DNA of 12,669 nucleotides from Vulcanimicrobiota bacterium. Its GTDB lineage: Bacteria > Vulcanimicrobiota > Vulcanimicrobiia > Vulcanimicrobiales > Vulcanimicrobiaceae. The stretch is from assembly GCA_003133025.1 (NCBI GenBank), contig PKZK01000145.1:10425-23093 (forward strand), written 5' to 3'. Each line of letters opens with the position of its first letter. Positions within the stretch are counted from its first letter, which is position 1. Under the pieces are notes generated by a model that was given only the letters and a program-made list of their open reading frames with translations, was not told the DNA's origin and ran no database searches. A program made the translations under genes and the position numbers. Below are positions 7,179-12,669 of the stretch, piece after piece.

Positions 7179-7969
7179 TGACTGAAGTTTCTCCGGATCG
7201 GAGCGCGCGGAAAGACGCGCCAGGCGCCGGCCACGCGCGCCCGCTCGAAGGCTATGCCGAAGGCGCGTTCGAGCAGTTCGGGTTCCAGCACGTCGTCGGC
7301 GGGTCCGAAGGCCAGCAAGCGCCCGTCGCCCAGGAGCGCGACGTCGTCGGCGATTGCCGCTGCTTCGCTCAGATCGTGCAGTGCGGCGAGCACCGCGCGG
7401 CCCTCGTCGGCGAGCGATCGCAAGAGTGCCGCAACGCTCGTCGCGTGGCGCACGTCGAGGTGGCTCGTCGGCTCGTCGAGCAGGATGGTGCGCGCGTCTT
7501 GCGCGAGCGCTAAGGCCAGCCACGCGCGCTGCCGTTCGCCCGAAGAGAGCGTATCGAACGAACGGTCCGCGAGCGGAGCGAGCGCGACGCGTTCGATGGC
7601 CGCGTCGGCCGCGAAGTGGTCGGCTTCGCCCGTCGTCCAGTCCCACCACGCCCGCCGCGCGAAGCGTCCGGTCAACACGACCTCGCGCACGCTCATGCCC
7701 TGCGGACTCTCCGCGTCGCTTCCGATCAACGTGACGGCTCGCGCGCGCTCCGCGCGCGGCATGCTGCCCACGCTCACGCCGTCGATCAAGATCGCGCCCG
7801 CCGCCGGTTCGGCGAAGCCTGCGATGCAGCGCAAGAGCGTCGTCTTGCCCACCCCGTTTGGTCCCACGATCGCGCAGAGCCGTCCGGGCACGACGTGCAG
7901 ATCGACGTTTTCCAGCAGCGTGCGCTCGCCGATCGACAGGCGCACCGCTGCGACGTTCAGGTGCCCCAT
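7175..7969 (-). CDS. btuD: ABC transporter ATP-binding protein, cobalamin/Fe-siderophore family (264 aa)
   Basis: ATG 7969 (MGHLNVAAVRLSIG), overlapping the permease end by 13 nt. Walker A GPNGVGKT, signature LSSGERQR, Walker B ILLDEPTSHLD, H-loop LHDL. The btuD name rests on the B12 context. Confidence 0.88.
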   Translation of the reverse strand: MGHLNVAAVRLSIGERTLLENVDLHVVPGRLCAIVGPNGVGKTTLLRCIAGFAEPAAGAILIDGVSVGSMPRAERARAVTLIGSDAESPQGMSVREVVLTGRFARRAWWDWTTGEADHFAADAAIERVALAPLADRSFDTLSSGERQRAWLALALAQDARTILLDEPTSHLDVRHATSVAALLRSLADEGRAVLAALHDLSEAAAIADDVALLGDGRLLAFGPADDVLEPELLERAFGIAFERARVAGAWRVFPRAPIRRNFSH

Positions 7970-8958
7970 AGTCGCGTCGCTCCGGCGGGGCGCAGATACA
8001 GGTATAAGAACGTCGGCACGCCGACGAACGCCAAGAGCACGCCGAGCGGGATTTCCGAGGGTGGGAAGAGCGAACGGCTCAGCGCGTCCGCGAGCGGCAC
8101 CAAGGTCACGCCGAGCAACAGGCTTGCGCCCAGCGCGTAACGCCCGTCGCTGCCCACGATGCGCCGCGCGAGATGCGGCACGATCAGGCCGACGAAGCCG
8201 ACGATGCCCGAGAGCGCGACGGCCGCGGCCGTCAGCAGGGTTGCCGCGCTCAGCAGCAGCCAGTTGGCGCGGGCCACGTCGACGCCGACGGCGCGCGCGA
8301 TCCCACTGCCCAGACGCAGCGCGTTGAGCGCGGGCACCGCGAGCGCCGCGAGCAGCAAACCGCCCACGATGTACGGCGAGGTCCAGAGCAATTCGCTCCA
8401 GCCGCGGCCGGCGAGCGAACCCGCGAGCCAGGCCAGGATTTCTTCCGAGCCGTTCCGGCCCAGGCGCGTGAGCGCCAACGCGATGATCGCCGAGAAGAGC
8501 GCCGAGAGCGACACGCCCGCCAGGATCAGGCGTTCGGCGTCGATGCCGGTGCCGCGACGGGCGAGGAAGGCCACGCCGAGCGCCGTCGCAAGCCCCGCCG
8601 CAAAGCCGAGCGCCGGCAAAAACGGCGCCGCGATGCCGAGCGCCACGCCGACGGCGATCGCTGCCCCGGCGCCAGCGCTCACGCCGGTCAGGAACGGGTC
8701 GACCAGCGGATTGCGCAGCATGCCTTGCAGCAGAAAGCCCGCCACGGCCAGGGCGGCGCCGACGGTCGCGGCGAGGGCCACGCGCGGCGCGCGCAGGCTC
8801 CAGACGATCGCTACCGCATCGCCGCCCGCGCGTGGGTGCAGCAGCGCCCGGGCTACGTCTCCCGGCGATAGCGCCGTCCCGCCCACGAAGAGGCCTGCCG
8901 CGAGCGCGACGAGCGCGGCCAAGGCGAGCCCGCAGAGGAGCCAAACGCGAGAAGGCAT
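7957..8958 (-). CDS. btuC: FecCD/BtuC-family ABC transporter permease
   Basis: 333 aa, highly hydrophobic. Family motifs LRAPRVALA, LRNPLVDP..GV.AGA, LNALRLG..A..GVD, GIVGFVGLIVPH. The btuC name rests on the B12 context. Confidence 0.9.
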   Translation of the reverse strand: MPSRVWLLCGLALAALVALAAGLFVGGTALSPGDVARALLHPRAGGDAVAIVWSLRAPRVALAATVGAALAVAGFLLQGMLRNPLVDPFLTGVSAGAGAAIAVGVALGIAAPFLPALGFAAGLATALGVAFLARRGTGIDAERLILAGVSLSALFSAIIALALTRLGRNGSEEILAWLAGSLAGRGWSELLWTSPYIVGGLLLAALAVPALNALRLGSGIARAVGVDVARANWLLLSAATLLTAAAVALSGIVGFVGLIVPHLARRIVGSDGRYALGASLLLGVTLVPLADALSRSLFPPSEIPLGVLLAFVGVPTFLYLYLRPAGATRLWGT

Positions 8959-9039
8959 CGGCGGCGAGTTGGCGCGTACGTTGCCCGGCTCCCGCGCGGA
9001 GGGACTCCGGGGCTCGCGGGCGCACCCTAGGCGTGGCGA

Positions 9040-9212
9040 TCGCCGCTAGGAACCCGGTGGAAATCCGGGACGGTCGCGCCACTGTGAGCGGGGAGCCGCC
9101 GGACGTCACTGTTCCTTCACCGGAATGGGAAGACGCCGGCACGACGGCTACGATCCGCGAGTCAGGATACTGCGGCGAGCGCAACAACCACTCCACCTCG
9201 CGAAAAGGTAGG
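9040..9212 (+). promoter_or_regulatory. Cobalamin (AdoCbl-type) riboswitch with translational expression platform
   Basis: P1 TCGCCGC (9040-46)/GCGGCGA (9172-78); AGGAA; P4 T-loop CCCGG-TGGAAAT-CCGGG; P5 ACGG-TCGCGCCA-CTGT; GTCACTG (9105-11)...GGGAAG (9127-32); B12 box GAGTCAGGATACTGC (9159-73); P13 ACCT-CGCGAAA-AGGT (9195-9209) overlapping the SD of btuB. Confidence 0.93.
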
Positions 9213-9218
9213 CGGGAA

Positions 9219-11096
9219 TTGCTACGTCGTTTTGTTTTCTGCTGCGCGCTCGTCGCGGCGTACCTAGTCTCTCATTCCAACGCCGCGTCGGCGCAGGCCG
9301 CGCCCTCACCGGCGCCGTCGCCGAGCACGCTACCCGAGATCGGGCGCGTCTCCACGAGCGACCGGCGGCTCGAGCCGATCGGCTCCACGTCGCGGCCGAC
9401 GTACGTGATCGATCGCGCCCAACTCGACGCGATGGGCGCGAAATCGGTCGCGGACGCGTTGCAGACGTTGCCCGGCGTCACGCTCTATCGCTACGGCGCA
9501 TACGGCGCGCAGACGAGTTACGGATTGCTCGCGGCGACCTCGGCGCAGACGCTGGTGCTGCTCGACGGCGTGCCGATCGCCGCCGCGAGCACGGGCTCCG
9601 TCGATCTCGCCTCGTTTCCGCTGGGCAGCGTGCAGCGCATCGAGGTCGTCGAAAGCGGCGCCTCGACGCTCTACGGCACCGATGCCGTGGGCGGCGTGAT
9701 CAACATCATCACGACCGCGCCGCGCGGCACCAACGTGCTGCTTTCCGACGGATCGTACGGCGATCGCGACGCGCAGATTGCGATCGGCGACGGGCACGTC
9801 GGCTTCAGTTACGAGCGTCATGTCGCGACCAACGACTACAACTTTCCAGCGCTCACGTATCCCGAAGCGGCGTATCCCGGAGGCGCGCGGTATAACGATT
9901 GGGCCGATCAGAGCGACGGGCGGCTGACCTTTACGCAGGCGCTCGGATCGTCGTTCTCCTTGCGCGCCGGCGCGGGCGTCGATGCGATCGGCATCGGCGT
10001 GCCCGGCGGCTTGGATTTCCTCACGCCCGAAGCCGTGCAACGCACGCTGCGCAACGATGCCGACCTGCAACTGACGCACACCGGCGGCAATTCGTCGCTG
10101 ACGCTCACGCTCGCGGGATCGCGACAAGCCCTGGTCTACGCCGATCCGCAAGAGGGCGGCGAGAGCGACACCTACGACGGACGCAGCCAACTCTCGCTCA
10201 AGGACGTGATCACCGGCGGCAATTCGACCGTGGTCGCGGGCGTCGATTTCTCGCGCGAGAGCGCCACGTTGTCGCTCGGACCCTTCGGGCCGCCGCCCAA
10301 CATCGGCGCGGCCGAATCGCAGAGCGCCGCGTACGTGCAGGACCAATTGCGACTCGGCTCCGTCGCGCAGGCGACGTTCGGATTGCGCGGCGAGAACGAC
10401 GCGCCGCACGGCACCGTGCTCGCGCCCACGTTCGGCAGCCTGATCCACTTCGGCGCGGTCACGCTCGGCGGCAACGTCGGCGAGTCGTATCGCGTGCCCA
10501 CGCTCGAGGATCTCTACTATCCGGGATTTTCGAATCCGAAGCTCGTGCCCGAGAAGGCGCAGAACGAAGACGTCCGCGTGTCGTTCCCCGTGCAGGGCGG
10601 CTCGCTCTCGGTGGGCTGGTTCGGCCGCAGCGGCTCGAACTTCATCGTGGACAACGATCAGTACGTGCCGGAAAACATCCAACGCGCTTCGGTGGGCGGC
10701 ATCATCGTGACGGCTTCGTCGCCCGTGTATAACGGCTTCGCAACCGATGTCAGCGTGACCGACGTGTATAAGGCGCTCGACGTGCCCGCGCTGAGCCGCT
10801 TGCCGCAGACGCCCGTGATTCAAGCCGGCGTCGGCCTGACGCATCCGTTCGGCACGGGCCGTCTGGCCTTCGGCGCACGCGCGCACATCCAAGGCTCGGA
10901 CGCCGACGACTCGTTCGGCCCGGGACCGTATTACAGCGATGGTTTCACCAGCGTCGACGCGTACGTGCGCTACAAGCTCGCGCCGCGGGCGATCCTCTCG
11001 CTGCGCTCGGGCAATCTGCTCAACGAGCGCTACGCGGCGGTCCCGGGCTATCCCGCGCCGGGGCGCACGTACAATCTGGAACTGTCGACGCGGTGA
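9219..11096 (+). CDS. btuB: TonB-dependent cobalamin receptor (625 aa)
   Basis: TTG 9219 lies 6 nt after AGGTAGG. Signal peptide MLRRFVFCCALVAAYLVSHSNAASA; plug motifs LVLLDGVPI and RIEVVESGASTLYGTDAVGGVINIIT; barrel motifs SYRVPTLEDLY, NPKLVPE, NLLNERY...GYPAPGRTY. It is the first gene after the riboswitch. Confidence 0.9.
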   Translation: MLRRFVFCCALVAAYLVSHSNAASAQAAPSPAPSPSTLPEIGRVSTSDRRLEPIGSTSRPTYVIDRAQLDAMGAKSVADALQTLPGVTLYRYGAYGAQTSYGLLAATSAQTLVLLDGVPIAAASTGSVDLASFPLGSVQRIEVVESGASTLYGTDAVGGVINIITTAPRGTNVLLSDGSYGDRDAQIAIGDGHVGFSYERHVATNDYNFPALTYPEAAYPGGARYNDWADQSDGRLTFTQALGSSFSLRAGAGVDAIGIGVPGGLDFLTPEAVQRTLRNDADLQLTHTGGNSSLTLTLAGSRQALVYADPQEGGESDTYDGRSQLSLKDVITGGNSTVVAGVDFSRESATLSLGPFGPPPNIGAAESQSAAYVQDQLRLGSVAQATFGLRGENDAPHGTVLAPTFGSLIHFGAVTLGGNVGESYRVPTLEDLYYPGFSNPKLVPEKAQNEDVRVSFPVQGGSLSVGWFGRSGSNFIVDNDQYVPENIQRASVGGIIVTASSPVYNGFATDVSVTDVYKALDVPALSRLPQTPVIQAGVGLTHPFGTGRLAFGARAHIQGSDADDSFGPGPYYSDGFTSVDAYVRYKLAPRAILSLRSGNLLNERYAAVPGYPAPGRTYNLELSTR

Positions 11097-11100
11097 GGCG

Positions 11101-11622
11101 ATGATTCTGACGTTCGTGACCGGTCCGGCCCACTCGGGGAAAACGCGCTTCGCCGAACGGTTGGCGATTGCGACCGGCTTCTCGGTCACGTTCGTCGCCG
11201 CGGGCGTGCCGCACGGCGACGATCCGGCACGGCGTCCGACGTCGTGGCACTTCGTGGAGAGCGCACGTGAGGATGCGCCCGCACTCGAAGCGCTGCTGTC
11301 GCTTGCGGGCGAGCGCGAGACGCTCGTGATCGACTCGCTGCCGGCGTGGCTCGCCTGGCGCGCCGGCGCGGGCGATGGGAACGCGCTCGATGAGGCCGCC
11401 GAATCGCTGGTCGCCGCACTGGCGGCGACGCGCGCGCATGCGATCGTCGTGGGCGAGGAGGCCGGCTGGGGGCTCGCGCCGGCGGACCCCGCGCAACGCC
11501 TGCTACGCGATGCGGCGGGGCGCCTACAAACACGACTCGCGGTTCGGGCCGAGCGCGCGTACCTGGTCGTCAGCGGATTCGCGCTCGACCTGCGCGCGCA
11601 AGGCCGCCCGATCGACCGCTGA
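11101..11622 (+). CDS. cobU: CobU/CobP-like adenosylcobinamide kinase / cobinamide-phosphate guanylyltransferase, divergent (173 aa)
   Basis: ATG 11101 follows GAGG. P-loop GPAHSGKT, RP..W, LVIDSL..WL, E.GWG..P, RD..GRL...LA..A....LVVSG all match the CobU layout. Confidence 0.82.
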   Translation: MILTFVTGPAHSGKTRFAERLAIATGFSVTFVAAGVPHGDDPARRPTSWHFVESAREDAPALEALLSLAGERETLVIDSLPAWLAWRAGAGDGNALDEAAESLVAALAATRAHAIVVGEEAGWGLAPADPAQRLLRDAAGRLQTRLAVRAERAYLVVSGFALDLRAQGRPIDR

Positions 11623-11624
11623 AC

Positions 11625-12524
11625 GTGCGCTCGTTGAAGTGGGCCGTGGCGCTCGCGGCGTGCCTGCTCGCACTCGGTGCTGCGGCGCCGCGACCGCGTA
11701 TCGTCTCGCTGATTCCGTCGTTGACCGAAGACCTCTTCGCCATCGGTGCGGGCGCGCAGGTCGTGGGCGTGTCGCAGTTCACCGACTATCCGCCGGCGGC
11801 GGCACGCTTGCCCCAGGTCAATTCGTTTTCCTCGATCGACGCGGAAAAAGTGCTCGCGCTGCATCCCGACGTCGTGGTGGGGATTCGCGCGCAGAGCGCG
11901 CTCAGCGCCGATCTGCGCCGGTTGGGTTTGCGCACCGAACTGATCGACGACGATTCGTACGCCGACATCTACACCGACCTCGCCGTCCTCGGCCGGCTCA
12001 GCGGTCACGAGCGCGAGGCGGCGGCTCTTTCCGCTCGGCTACGCGCTCGAGCCGCACAACTGCAGCGCAGCGTGCCCCCGGGCGTGCGACCGCGCGTCTT
12101 CGTGGCGCTCGGGGTCGCGCCGATCTTCACCGTCGGCGACGGTTCCTACATCGCTACGCTGCTGCGCATGGCCGGCGCGCGCAACGCTGCCGCGAACCTG
12201 CATCAAGCTTACGGCCGCTACAGTGCCGAGGCGCTCGTGGCCGCGCAACCGGATGCGATCGTCACCGACTCCGGCGCCGACCTCGCCTCGGTCGAAGGCA
12301 AGCCGCCCTGGAACGCGCTACGCGCCGTCCGCGAGCACCGGGTGTACGTGCTGAAGGATGCGGATCTGCTGGAGCGCCCGGGCCCGCGTTTCGTCGACGG
12401 CCTGCAATGGTTGATCGAACAACTGCACGCCCAGGCCCGGGCGCACTTTCAATTTCACGGTCTATCTCGACTACCGTCATCCACCATCTCGCTCGAGCCC
12501 GACGCGCTCTGTCAGCATCGCTGA
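11625..12524 (+). CDS. btuF: Periplasmic cobalamin-binding protein (helical-backbone solute-binding family)
   Basis: GTG start 2 nt after the cobU stop; signal peptide; RIVSLIPSLTE, VVGVSQFTDYPPAA, EKVLALHPD, W..L.AV...RVY, ERPGPR. Confidence 0.9.
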   Translation: MRSLKWAVALAACLLALGAAAPRPRIVSLIPSLTEDLFAIGAGAQVVGVSQFTDYPPAAARLPQVNSFSSIDAEKVLALHPDVVVGIRAQSALSADLRRLGLRTELIDDDSYADIYTDLAVLGRLSGHEREAAALSARLRARAAQLQRSVPPGVRPRVFVALGVAPIFTVGDGSYIATLLRMAGARNAAANLHQAYGRYSAEALVAAQPDAIVTDSGADLASVEGKPPWNALRAVREHRVYVLKDADLLERPGPRFVDGLQWLIEQLHAQARAHFQFHGLSRLPSSTISLEPDALCQHR

Positions 12525-12534
12525 GGCTCGCGCG

Positions 12535-12669
12535 TTAGATGCGCGCCGTTTCGAAAAGCGGCGCGGCGGCGACGCGCTGTCGTTTCGCGACCGCAGCGTA
12601 GAGCACCGGGATCAGGACCAGCGTAAACGCGGTTGCGGTCGAGAGGCCGCCGATCACCGCGATCGCGAG
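12535..12669 (-). CDS. RND efflux transporter permease subunit (AcrB/CusA/CzcA family), C-terminal 44 aa only
   Basis: Hand translation ...LAIAVIGGLSTATAFTLVLIPVLYAAVAKRQRVAAAPLFETARI* matches the RND last-helix motif LA.AVIGGL...T.LTL..IP.LY. Stop TAA at 12535-12537. Confidence 0.85.
   Translation of the reverse strand, partial: LAIAVIGGLSTATAFTLVLIPVLYAAVAKRQRVAAAPLFETARI

Noticed and set aside
7179..9196. Long N-terminal extensions of the ORF-track calls 5889-7649 and 7175-9196 (apparent fusions)
   Set aside because: They run off-frame through btuD, btuC and the riboswitch. Better starts are TTG 7178 and ATG 7969.
8832..9218. 129-aa N-terminal extension of btuB
   Set aside because: It overlaps btuC and the riboswitch. 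The SD and signal peptide point to TTG 9219.
10939..11100. Upstream extension of the cobU-like ORF
   Set aside because: It lies within the btuB 3' end. ATG 11101 has a GAGG SD and matches the family N-terminus.
9330..12008. 892-aa minus-strand ORF
   Set aside because: Antisense to btuB, cobU and btuF with no motifs; a stop-poor shadow frame of GC-rich codons.
1..12669. CRISPR array, tRNA/rRNA, IS or prophage genes
   Set aside because: No regularly spaced repeats, cloverleaf or rRNA-like segments, or transposase/integrase motifs were seen; intergenic gaps are short and accounted for.

Overview
High-GC chromosomal window from a diderm bacterium (it has a TonB-dependent receptor and an RND pump). 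Strong CG/TCGA richness and a PSPAPSP linker after a signal peptide suggest Vulcanimicrobiota/Eremiobacterota, but this is inference only. Left to right: (1) the 5' end of a bacterial dynamin-like GTPase (minus strand, missing from the ORF track, with oddly T/G-skewed codons); (2) an alpha/beta-hydrolase-fold domain fused to a phosphomannomutase/phosphoglucomutase; (3) a divergent PAS-like/GAF/GGDEF/degenerate-EAL protein coupled to a small secreted SH3-like protein; (4) a cobalamin uptake/salvage locus split into two divergent arms, btuC-btuD-glutamine-synthetase-like (minus) and cobalamin riboswitch-btuB-cobU-like-btuF (plus); (5) the 3' end of an RND transporter. The most striking features are intact ORFs that appear to have lost their catalytic residues: a GS pseudoenzyme translationally coupled to btuD, a CobU lacking its guanylylation His segment, a hydrolase domain without its acid/His pair, and a dead EAL domain. 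No rRNA, tRNA, CRISPR array or mobile element was seen. All motif comparisons were made by eye against remembered consensus sequences.
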